Of a stretch of 64,000 bases of DNA, positions 1 through 11,278 are shown one piece after another. The position numbers and the translations under genes are program-made. A model generated the notes under the pieces. That model had not been told where the DNA came from and made no database searches. It was given only the letters and a program-made list of their open reading frames with translations. How positions within the stretch are numbered: the stretch's first letter is position 1; each line of letters begins with the position of its first letter. The stretch lies in NCBI RefSeq assembly GCF_947568905.1, contig NC_079167.1, positions 26,474,001 to 26,538,000 on the forward strand. The letters are read 5' to 3'. The stretch comes from Ostrea edulis. Lineage: Eukaryota.

Positions 1-427
1 CCGCCAGAACAAATGGCTACAGTACCGATATCAATTTGTAATTTGTAAGTAAATAATTATGTAAGGTAAAATTAAGATTGCATATCAAAATACAGTAAAA
101 AGACATTGTACCAATTCCCCTTAGTTTTATATTCTCGAATTAAAGATACTCATTTTTCCCGATTTGTATTCAAATTCTTTCTGTGAAATATGAGTACATT
201 TGTACCCAGTACATCTCTCAGTACAATATGTTTACAACATACATATTTGTAGTCCCTTTAATCACTTTCATCTGCGATAGACCAGTTCACCTCATAATAA
301 CGTTCCCTCCATCATTCCATCACGTAACGGACAGATGGGGGGTTTTCCCGGCCAATATTTCATATCGGTCATGTTGTCTGTACGTAAAAAACTTTTTCCT
401 AATGGTCACCACGTGGTCAACGCGTGA

Positions 428-567
428 TTACTGACAAGTTCTTTGTGAACAGGATGCCTGAAAATGAAATTGATCTATAGAATATGGAAATTTGTTCGTA
501 CATGTATTAAATCACGGGTTCAATGCAGTACCTGTATAGTGTATACATGTAGTTGTTTTTTATATAT

Positions 568-629
<62 letters not shown>

Positions 630-3600
630 GTTTTCAATACTCACCACTCCGTTATTTCCAGTGCAAACACATTCGTTTCCACAATTATCAATGATTACTT
701 TGGACCCCAGTGGTATGAATACATTGGACGCTATGCATCCTGTGAAAGCAACAATAAAATTTCAAAACTTTCAACTCCTCTCTCGTTTTGTAACCAGTCT
801 TTATACAATAGTACCTATATTCATTATGAAAAAATAAACACTCAGAGATTTGACTTTCATTGAAGAAATGAACTGATTACTATGGCAAGCCTTTTTACTA
901 TTTATTCGAAAAATAAGATATATCTTTAAAGTAAAGAGATATCTCTTATTTTATAAGAGATATCTCTATAAAATGAGAGATATTTTAATTTCAAAAGATA
1001 TCTCTTTCACTTAGAGAGATATCTCTTTCACTTAGAGAGATATCCCTTTTACTTTTAGAGATATCTCTTACACTTAGAGAGATTAATTTAAAGATATATC
1101 TCTTTTGGAAAATTTAAAGAGATATCTCTCTCTAACTTAATCTGAGATATCTTTTTTTACATTGATAGAGAGATATCTCTTTACGCTAGAGAAATATCTC
1201 TTTTACTTTGAGAGATATCTCTCTAGCTTTAATAGATATCACCTTAGCGTAAAAAGATATCTCTCTAACTTACAAACAATAGAGATGTATATAGTATAAA
1301 GAGCTATCTCTATCGTGTAAAGAGATATCTCTCATTTAAAGAGATATCTTATTTTACGAATAAATAGTAAAAGGGCTTGCCATTGATTACCGATATAACT
1401 GCTTGCCCTTAATGCATTAATCTCAATTTCTTGGGGAATTGAATATTATAAGAAACTAATCCATTTGAAATGAAATACTAGGGACGTTATACTTCAGCTT
1501 TTGTTAAAACTTAAATCACTATTTTATGACGTCATTACCTGGCAGACATTGACAGATGATAGAATCTACCCAATCAGGACAAAGGAAGTTCCTGTTGTAT
1601 GTGCACTGTTCACCCGCGCGACAGTCAGTACTACAAGATAGAACAGAACTGAATACATACATGTATGTAACAATTTTAGCATGTTTACATCGAATAATAA
1701 AAAGATATTGGACGATCATTTTGGAGTTGTTCATCGTTTCACAATAATTGCGCAAATTGCTGTTCTCATACGGTAGTCCGTTTATTTCTTATGGCTGAGT
1801 TGTATCTAACCCACGTCAGCTGAAACAGTATTGACCACTCGCATTCATTTTAATAATTTTGTATAGGTATTCATGAAGAATTGCACAGTCATTAGTAAGT
1901 CAGATTCAATGAAATTTTGTCTGTATGCTGTTTTGCTTCCCATTCGAGAAATTTTCGTAAAGACGTCACCAGCTGTAAGTAATAAGTGCCACGAAATATG
2001 ACCTGTGCATGGTGCTCATGGCCGTAGCGGGTTCTTGAAAATAACGTGTGAACGCCTACCATGTCACGGGACCTCGGCATACTACCCATAGTCCTCTGCG
2101 CCTCCGCACACAGAGTGCAAACGACCTCTGGCGGAAGTTTGAGGACTTCGGGTCCGAAAAACACGTGACTTTTGCTTCTAATACATGGCACTTGGAGAAA
2201 GAACAAGACTACCTATGTTAAACAGTTGTTGAACGTCCTAGAATTGATGCTGCGCCCGGGAAGAGAATCGTACCTAGGACCTACCGCAAAGCGAGCAACT
2301 TGACCACTCGGCTACTGTCACAGGTCCAAGTCGATTATATGACATGGTGTTTCTCAAATACAATTAAACGAAGTTAGCCAGATCATAGGTGAATTTTTAC
2401 CTTGTTTTACAGGATATGGTATCATTTAATACATTAACTGGAGGTAACGTTGTTCCTTGGGCCATGATATTTACATCCCCATCTCCATTGCTTTCAGGGT
2501 TTGAGGACAAGACAACATTATCTCTCGACGTTTCAATTATTGTAACAGCATTTGGATCAGTATTTCTTGAAACAACATTGTTTCCAGCTTCAGAAAAATT
2601 TGTCGATGCCCTCGCTCTTATTCCGAAATTATTTCCAGTCGTTGTCCCTGTTTGGAATCCGGAACCCTCGGGCGATGTTCCGCCGAGTATGTTGGAAATG
2701 GAACGTTGTGAATTTTGTGACATTCCCGATGAACCGCCATCAGTCATGCTCACAAAGCCACCCATTCTGGTGTTCTGTCGGGAACCTCTAGAGAAGCCAC
2801 TACTTTCAAAATTAGTGCCTTGAACATTTTGTAAAGATCGAACTAAGTTTCCAGAATTAGATGACACAAATTGATTACTTGTTGAACTAGGATCCACAGC
2901 AGCATTGTTGTTAGGGAAACCATTAACAGATGGCGTGTTTTGAGCTTGCACGGTTCTAGACACGCCCCCTCCATTATTAGTATTGGAAGCAGAAACGAAT
3001 CTTGTCCTCGCGGATCGACTGTTTACGCCATTATTAGAGCCCAAGGCTCCTAAAAATGGGCCAGAATTTCCGACATTTCCAGGAAGGACACTTGGGGAAA
3101 ATCTACTAGTCTGAAGAGAGTTTTGAACGCCCATGATTTGTGGATCTCTAGTGAAACCAGTGGAATCCGAGGATGAAACAAATCTGTTTAAAGTTGCTTG
3201 ATCTCCGACGAATAGCCCCGCATTTCTATTAAAAGTGGAGTTAATTCCATTGATTTCAGAGTTGGCAAAAAACCTGGTATTAGAAGGATCTGCAACTCGG
3301 GTATTAATTGTTTGTGACATAGTACCCGAACCATCTTCCATGGAATTAGAAATACGTTTGACAGTTGTGGTTCTTTTGATAAATCTGCTTGTGGAATTTC
3401 CAGATGGAAGTGCATTGCTCTCAATTCCAGATCTTTGCTGATTTCTCATAGTTTGGACTGTTTTCGAATTCATACCACTAGGGATTCTACTCGGATCTGC
3501 AATGTCTATTGCACTTGGGTCTGAATTTTCAACATTTCTGCTAGGTATTTTACTGGTTAGTTGAAATCTTTGTTGGGTTCCTATATCAGACGTAATACCA

Positions 3601-5654
3601 TTGAGAGGATTGAGGGAGGCACCAATATCAACTTCCGATTGTTTGACCGGGAAATTGAGATTTATATTTACTCCCGGTCTGTTACTACCCGATGGGAAGT
3701 TAGTATTGAAATTCACTCCTGACTGGTCTCTATTGCCAATCACTGCATTGTTTTGGAAGTTCGGATCAGCAGAAAAGGCTGATCCTTGTTGGAAAGACCT
3801 GTCATTTTCACTATTGGTTCCGTCTACAAACATAATTTTGCTTCTTCTTTGAGAATCTAACTCAGGGTCCTGAATTCTATTGTTTTGTCTGGTAACGTTA
3901 GTTGTAGGTCCTGTTCTAGCATTAAATATGTCGCTCATTGAGTTAACTAGAACTGCTGCAGGGTCAAGGTTATTTCTTACAGTGGATTTTGTGTTCTGAA
4001 ATTCTGAACGTTTAAGATCAACAGATTGGGGAATGTTTACAAACTTTGTGTCGGAGTTTTGTACATCCACTTTAGAGCCCACTATGTTGCTATTGCCATT
4101 TATTACTACACTGGTCTTCTTCACAGGATCTGTCTCGCGGTTTCTTAGGCTGGCGTCAAAGTTGTTTCCATTTCGTGAAATAGTAATGGCGTCCTGATTC
4201 ATACCACCGCCAACTGGTCTAGACGAGGGAGTGTTATCAAGGACCATAATTCCCGGATCTGTTGCAAAGGAAGATGTGATTAGTCCATCCTGGGTGCCGG
4301 TCCTCGTATTTGTTCTAGAACGAATTTCTGTTTCTGTAATTGTTGTTCGAGGTCCCGCGTTTGGATCATCAATACCTTGAGTGAATATAGAATTAGAGGG
4401 CATTACCATCCTTTCATTTGATGTCGTGAATACTGTACCACGTGACTGAGGAATTCGAGACAGAATATCGCTTGGGTCGGTTTGTCCTCCGTCGGCTCGA
4501 ATAAAGTTTCTGAAGTCCATACTTAATTCATCTACTGGTGTGTTGATCTGCGAAGGGTTTCTGTCAGCGTTAATTTGATTGACTGTTGTAACGGAATTAA
4601 TATTTACTCTTCTCGTTGCGTCATTTCTTCCAGAAGGGTCAGTGCGCACTTGTCTGTTACCACTTCGAGACACGTCTCCCCCGGAAGCCGTAATGGAGCT
4701 CTGAATACCAATTCCATTTACAACTGCACTTTCTTGTACATTATTAGACAATTCGGTAGGTGTAAACATTTGTTGAAGTTCGTTCATTGTAGGAATTCCT
4801 TCTCCGGTGTTTCGGACGGAGACTGTCTGACGTTGTATAAGATTATTAGGCGTGGCATTATTGGATACACCTCTGGTAAGAAGTACTCCAGTTGGTGAGT
4901 TTTCAGTCCCTGTGCGGCTTACTCTACTAGAGCTGGGGTCTGAGTTAGAATTTCCAAAGACGGTATTCAAAATTGAACTTGCATCAAAAGTTTGCTGGCT
5001 AGTGCCAGGAACTGAATCAAACGAATTGAGTTGTCCGTTTACTGTTGTTTGTAACGATCCGCCATCATTGGAATTGCTAAAGCGGGACACAAACGAAGTC
5101 TCCACAGCAGAGGCTGGATTGACTCCATCCGGTACACCGGCATCCGAGGTTATCACCCCTGTCGCTAAGTCGTTAGTAAGTGAGGTTACGGTACCCCCTA
5201 GTAGAGCGTCTTGGCCCGTCAGAGTAGTAATTAAATTCTGGTTGTTTAAAGTGTTTGTAGACTCACCCAAGGTTAGTAATCCTCCATCGAAACCTGATTG
5301 CGACACGATACTTGATGTGGCATCAGGTAACGTTTGAACAGAATTGGAAAATCCACTAAGATCAAGAGTTGATGGTGCTGTTTCACTTGGTAGTGTAAGA
5401 CTTCCTGCTCCTCCAAAAGCAGTCAGTGGAGAAATAATAGGAAAGGGTGGTGGACCAGGGATCCCTGGAAACCCGATAGGGGGAGGCAAAAAAGTCTGTA
5501 CACCTGGCGGTGGGGGCCCAAATCCTTGAAACAAAGGCGGACGTCCGCCGAAACCAAGTAGTCCAAACGGAGTAAATCCTTGTTCTAGAGAGGATTTAAT
5601 GAACAACATCAACAGAACATAGAAGAGATTCACTCCGAGTTTTAGATACTTCAT
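428..5654 (-). CDS. Cluster gene A: secreted Ser/Asn/Gly/Thr/Arg-rich low-complexity protein (~1156 aa) with C-terminal 12-Cys module
   Basis: Exons 5654-2401 (phase 2), 1630-1539 (phase 1), 739-645 (phase 0), 457-428 (stop TAA); all GT-AG, frame continuous. Hydrophobic N-terminus MKYLKLGVNLFYVLLMLFIKSSLE. C-terminus SCKTSTDCRAGEQCTYNRNFLCPDWVDSIICQCLPGCIASNVFIPLGSKVIIDNCGNECVCTGNNGVASCSQRTCQ*. Confidence 0.9.
570..627. repeat. (CT)n microsatellite
   Basis: Direct reading. Confidence 0.95.
882..1383. mobile_element. MITE with ~49-bp terminal inverted repeats and internal AGAGATATCTCT subrepeats (intron 2 of gene A)
   Basis: Left atggcaagcctttttactatttattcgaaaaataagatatatctttaaa is the near-perfect reverse complement of the right end; flanks tgattact / tgattacc (8-bp TSD with one mismatch). 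Confidence 0.8.
1975..2325 (-). mobile_element. tRNA-derived SINE-like element (degenerate), intron 1 of gene A
   Basis: Minus strand has A-box-like TAGCCGAGTGG and degenerate B-box; body shares a short motif (ggtaggcgtt) with 6430-6660. Boundaries approximate. Confidence 0.45.
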
Positions 5655-6429
5655 GATCTCCTGGACGTACTAGTTGTGAAAGAGTCCAGGATAAAGAAGT
5701 CCTGTGGTGCTTTATGGCACAGTATTTACCTATAAGGGTGTTAAAGGATATAATGATGTACTAAACAGTCGGTGTCACTGACGATGCAACGAGTGATTTT
5801 ATGGACAGCTTTATTGCAAAGCGTGTGATGAACACAGAAGTTCTTCACATAATCTATACATGTTATTAGCATTATATATTCCGTTTGTTCATCTGACCAG
5901 CGATAAATCAATTCTTAATCATTGATCTATTAAACAATGCACTCATATACATTAAATCAAAGCGCAATGTAGAATAACACTTTTGTTCCTCACAACAAGC
6001 AAACCTCACAAGTCTTCATGCATGAAAGACTTTCTTCGTGTCAATAAATGAAAGATGTGCCTCGTTATAAATATCGTTGTACATTGATCTTTTTCTTGTT
6101 ATTACCAAAAAATGACTAATCTGTAAATTCAAAGCACTCTTGCGTCCCCATTGGTTCTGTGTCTGTCCTTATGGATGATGTCGATCATGAAATATTTAGA
6201 TTAATAATTACGGATGTCTCACTGCGTTTTTATGAATGTTAGGGCTACCATTTCTTTGTTAATTAGGTATAAATCGGTCTGTCGACCGTATGGGTGCCTG
6301 GGTCAAGGAGAAGCCAATGTCACTCGCTGCGATGGACAATGGCAGTGTTTGATGCATCCTTCATTATCATAAAACCGCTCGCTGTCACATGAATATGCAT
6401 TTGTTTAATTTTGTTTGTCAGCTCGTTAC

Positions 6430-6660
6430 TTCAGTGGTCGCGGTAGCGTAGTAGTTTGGGTGCTTGCTTCGCAACCAGGAGGTCTAGCTTCGATTCTCTT
6501 CGCCGGCGCAGTCAAAGTTAAGACGAGTGAGTCGCCTGGCATAGAAAGTATAAACCCCGAACCTGTCACGGTAGGCGTTGGCTACGAGTCATCACTGCAA
6601 CGGTTCTCAGCGCCATGCATTAGTCAAACTTAGTAGCACTTTATAAAATGCTAGTGGCGT
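6430..6660 (+). mobile_element. tRNA-derived SINE-like element (degenerate)
   Basis: GGTAGCGTAGTAG A-box-like and GCTTCGATTCT B-box-like head followed by tgtcacggtaggcgttgg core. Boundaries approximate. Confidence 0.4.
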
Positions 6661-7534
6661 CCCTACATGAGTAAAGAAATAACGTCATATATTGTACCTA
6701 AAACGTCCTTACCGTGCCAGTTGTCATCGAAAAATAGTCAATGGAAATATCTGGTGTTTATATTATTGGCAACTTATTATGCATTCTGTAAAATGTGTTT
6801 AAATCTTAAGAATTATGAAAGTAGCTCTTCGAAAAGAATTATGATGGTTGGCTGTATATTGTATATTGCTCGAGGATTTTTCACTCATATGGAGACGCCT
6901 CTGGGCTGCAAAATTTAGACCTATGCTCGGCGCTTACGGCTTTTGAACATGGTGCAGACGAATCTTTATCGTTCCACATGCACCTGCTGTGACACACGGG
7001 GCCTCAGAATTATGAAAGTAGCTCTATCTATTTACATATCCATCTATCTTTCTAAAGCACTAAGACTAGCATAAGTTACAATACTTGTTTCCGAATCCTT
7101 TTGCTACTATAATAATAATTGTTATTCATCTGGTTATGTGATTTACAATGCAATAAAATATGTTTTTAAAAAGTAAAGCACTAAGAGATCCATTACATAT
7201 ATATAATATGAAAAACCCACTTCCGTCACTACCCGGGGCTAAACTCGCGACCTGCGGAATCATACTAGCAGGGTGTGATTAGCGCGCTAGACTACTCGAC
7301 CATCTAGGCAAGTCAATATCGCTTCTCTGTCACACGCTACATGGTCATTGAGAATGGAGAACAGTCATTTGACATAAATCCATACATTAAATACAGTGAA
7401 AATTGTAATATGTGAAATTAAAATCATATCAGGGTATATGAAATTTTGAAATACAGAAATATTTAAATATCATGTAAATTTGTACTGAATTTTTGTTCTA
7501 TTTTGGTAACTCGATTCTTTATAGGCCTATCTCC

Positions 7535-8130
7535 TTTTTACATGCCCGTCTTTAGATGAGACGTATTATAATACAGCGATGTCTGTACGTCCATACTTTC
7601 TGTTTCTATTTTCATTTCTGTCATGTAGCTTCATGTTGCTAGCCTATGTAGCTTCATGTTGCTAGCCTATGTAGCTTCATGTTGCTAGACTATGTAGCTT
7701 CATGTTGCTAGTCTATGTAGCTTCAGTATGGATCACTGTAGATGATGTTGTAATTCTTGTTTTATCTTTTTCGACTTCTCTTGGAGGAATTTTGTCCCTT
7801 TATTTGAAAATTAGTGTTACATGGAGGGTACATTATTTGTCCGGCAAACTCCTCCCACAGTTTTCAAGTCGAGACCTTTTTCATTTTACAGATTGTGTGT
7901 ATGATGAAGATGTGCATGTTGAAAGATGTATTTACTTTTTTTAATATTTGAGAAAATCACATGTAGCTGAACTTCATCAGTTTTGAGGAAATGTTACATA
8001 GAGAGTACATGATTTGTCCGTCTCTCAAGTGAGGACCTTCTTATTTTACAGAAGTGTTTGGATGTATATATTGAAAATGTGTATATGGCACGGATTTTAA
8101 TTTCCTTTAATTTCTATGAAAATTACATGT
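7535..8130 (+). mobile_element. Helentron/HINE-like non-autonomous element remnant with a 23-bp tandem repeat
   Basis: T-run plus gcccgtc...gagacg hairpin and gtcc-like microsatellite at the 5' end; tgtagcttcatgttgctagccta x4.4 at 7624-7725. 3' boundary approximate. Confidence 0.5.
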
Positions 8131-8334
8131 TGTTGAACTATTTGGGAGGTTTAAGGAGGTATGGGAACCCAAGAAATTCATAATACAATGTAAAAGGAAA
8201 GCGTTACATTCTTATGATATTGAGCTCATGTAATAAATTTTGTAAACTCATGCAAAAGCACATGTTATTATTATATTAAAAGATTCAAATTCTGCAAGAT
8301 TCAAACTTATAATCCACAGATCTATAGGTTAACC

Positions 8335-8343
8335 TTATATATA

Positions 8344-8409
<66 letters not shown>

Positions 8410-8533
8410 GTTACTTTTCTCAATGATCGGTAAAAGTATAGGTAAAAAATAAAAATGAAACACGAAGACGCTTAGTAAAGCTTTAGCGCTAAAGCTTTAC
8501 TAAACGTCTTCGTGTTTCATTTTTATTTTTTTA

Positions 8534-8580
<47 letters not shown>
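8335..8580. repeat. Two (TA)n arrays enclosing a ~100-bp near-perfect palindrome (8437-8538)
   Basis: Symmetry centre AGCGCT at 8485-8490; arms differ by one substitution and one base in an A/T run. Confidence 0.9.
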
Positions 8581-8583
<3 letters not shown>

Positions 8584-9384
8584 ATAAGCTACCCTGAGTA
8601 GAATGAAAATTTACAAGATCAGGTAATATATTGCTGACCTTCCTTTATTCATATGTTACAAAAGCTTGATGAACTTAAGTAAAGTTCTACAACTCCTGAC
8701 ATTTTTGTCATGTTTGCTAATCAATGTCACAGAACGTGATCTTCTGACGGGCGTATTATGTACCGTTTACTGTACCCTTGTTGGGTGTTAAATGTATTGA
8801 AATGTACATAGTTCGTCAGATGTATTTGTGTATTTTGAGGTAGGTTGTTCATTTTCATTTATATATTTTGTTGTTGTTGTTTTGCTGTTTTCCGCCACAT
8901 TCACCAATTTTTCAGTTATCAGGTGGCCAGATACAATGTACCTGGGAAGAGACCATCGACCTTCCGAAAGTAAACTGGGAAACTTTCTCACTTACCGGCG
9001 CGAGTGGGATTCGAACCCGCGGCGACAGAGGTAAGATATTCATTTATATATGCACTGAATTGTAGAAAGGATTCGGAAATTTTAAGGTACTGGCATGGTG
9101 TCGAATTGTTGGTTTCTCATGAGGTAAGTAAATCCCTTTCTTACTGTGAGACCCCCCCCCCCCCCAAAAAAAGCATTGACTTGTCTTCAAATTACTCATC
9201 AAAATGATAACATTTCGTTGTCAACAGAATAAAAGAACGATATTTGGTATTGAAACATTGAAATCAAATGGTGAGAACACAGACATAAAAAATGTATATT
9301 TATTATAAAATATATAGTACAAAACAATCACATAAATAAAGTTTTGGAGAAGATAAAGGACTAGTTTTTGACGTCTCTTTTGCT

Positions 9385-11278
9385 TTATTTCTTCCCAGTT
9401 AGGTCCGGACAAGCTCTCATAGTACAGGCCGCCTGAAACAGAAGAAATCCGGAACTATTAAGACATCAGTTGTCGTTTTTCAGTCGGCCTAACGGAGCCA
9501 CGACACGTGTACCAGGCATCCTCTCATTGTTCCCAGGTCTACAGCAATCATCACTAATTTCTTTATGTTCACAATGCTCTGTTTTTATTCATAGCCCTAG
9601 TTTTAGACCTAGTTTGTGCCAAGTGGCAATTTGGATGATTCAGGAAGCGAATTAGTCATGGTATCTGTACCAAGCTTCGAAGCAATATTGTCTACAAACA
9701 TATGAAGCCTAGCGTAATGAACGGTTGTCGTCCTTTTCAATGATTCATATTCTATATGTACCTTTAACACAGTATCCCCTTTGTTTGAGAAATAAATTGT
9801 TGAAATACAAATGGTCTTACCTCTCCTGATTGGCTATTGTTACACGTGCACACATTGCCACACTGGTCAACCTGCCGAGACTGTCCGAAGGGAATGAATG
9901 TGTTCTGTGACCGACAACCTATTGAAAGACAGTCATCATGAGTCAAAATTCATCTCGTGAAACACAAGTAAATTTGGAAGACAAAAGCCTTACAATCTAG
10001 CTTATAACCTTACCTGCAACACATTGGCATCTTAGCATAGGGATCCATTTAGGGCACATGTACTGTACTTGGGAGGAACCCATTGGAGAAAAGGCACACT
10101 GCTGACCAGCCGGGCAATCCCTGAAAAGTAATGTCAGCGTGATTAAATCCGATCTTGTTGACAGAACATTTATCTGTAATAAGATAGTACATGTATTAAA
10201 CCTACGTCTGATGGCACTGGGCCTGGTTTGTCTGACCGCCAGGGACTAGAGAGGGCTGGAACTGACCAGGAAATCCCCCAGGTTGTCCAGGAAATCCCTG
10301 TTGACCAGGCATTCCAGGTTGCCCACCAGTAAATCCCGGCTGTCCAGCATTGAAACCCGGTTGTCCGAAACCCGGAGGACCACCATTAAACCCGCCTTGA
10401 CCTGCATTGAAGCCTGGTTGAGGAAATCCAGGCTGTCCATTAAATCCTGGCATGTTGGGTTGTCCATTAAAGTTTAAAGGACCATTGAATCCAGCTTGTC
10501 CGTTGAACCTTGGCTGTCCGTTAAATCCATTAAATGGTTGACCAGGCTGCCCATTAAACCCAGGTTGTCCATTAAGTCCTGGTTGTCCATTAAGTCCTGG
10601 CTGCCCATTAAACCCAAGTTGTCCATTGAGTCCAGGTTGCCCATTAAACCCAGGTTGTCCATTGAGTCCAGGTTGCCCATTAAACCCAGGTTGTCCATTG
10701 AGTCCAGGTTGCCCATTAAACCCAGGTTGTCCATTAAGTCCAGGTTGTCCATTAAACCCAAGTGGTCTATTGAAGCCTGGTTGTCCCATTAGATTGGTTT
10801 GTCCAGGAAAGCGTCCCTGTGGCCCAGCACCAAACTGAGGCGAAAATCCTTGGTTAAGGGGGCCAGGAATGCCCTGATTGGGTGGAAAGCCATTAACTCC
10901 GCCCTGCCTCCCAATGGAAAGTCCTGTCTGCCCTTGACCCAGGGATGTGGTTTGGGATGGAATACCAGTATTTTGCACGGATGCTGTGCTGCCTATTGTC
11001 GAAAATCCTGGTTGCATTGATCCAGTTCTAGTTCCAACAGACGATCCAGACTGAATAGATCCGGTCGGTAATCCAGCTGTATTGGTTGTAGAAGTTGACA
11101 GTCCCGTATTTACTGGCTGTAATCCCGAATTCAGTCCGGAATCCGTGTTCTGAGTTTGACTGCTACCGAAATTTTGGGTAGGAAACGAAAATAAGTCCAA
11201 ACCAGTGCCAGTGTTGCCCTGGCCCAGTGCCACACCAACTAAACACAGCAAAATCCATCCAATACTAATCTTCATCAT
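9385..11278 (-). CDS. Cluster gene B: secreted Gly/Gln/Pro/Asn/Phe repeat protein (~441 aa) with C-terminal 12-Cys module
   Basis: Exons 11278-10206, 10120-10014, 9918-9821, 9432-9385; phases 2,1,0. Signal peptide MMKISIGWILLCLVGVALG. 12 tandem NGQPG[LF]-type hexapeptides. Module CHQTDCPAGQQCAFSPMGSSQVQYMCPKWIPMLRCQCVAGCRSQNTFIPFGQSRQVDQCGNVCTCNNSQSGEAACTMRACPDLTGKK*. AATAAA overlaps the stop. Confidence 0.92.

Noticed and set aside
2389-5529. Plus-strand ORFs overlapping gene A (and similar shadow ORFs over B, C, D, F, G such as 37526-38080, 39794-40183, 53442-53747)
   Set aside because: Antisense or alternate-frame by-products of low-complexity coding sequence, with no independent splice or domain support.
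7624-7725. 23-bp direct repeats as a CRISPR-like array
   Set aside because: No spacers; a contiguous minisatellite in a eukaryotic repeat element.
5655-9384. Possible seventh cluster paralog in the large intergenic gaps (also 18467-23151, 24626-27730)
   Set aside because: By-eye scan found no FIPxG/DxCGxxCxC module exon or signal-peptide exon; a tblastn search would be needed to exclude a decayed copy.
10538-10753. Collagen-like Gly-X-Y reading of NGQPGL/F
   Set aside because: Gly does recur every third residue (GQP-GLN/GFN), but the run is short, breaks into non-triplet repeats on both sides and lacks Y-position Pro; triple-helix formation is unsupported, though not excluded.
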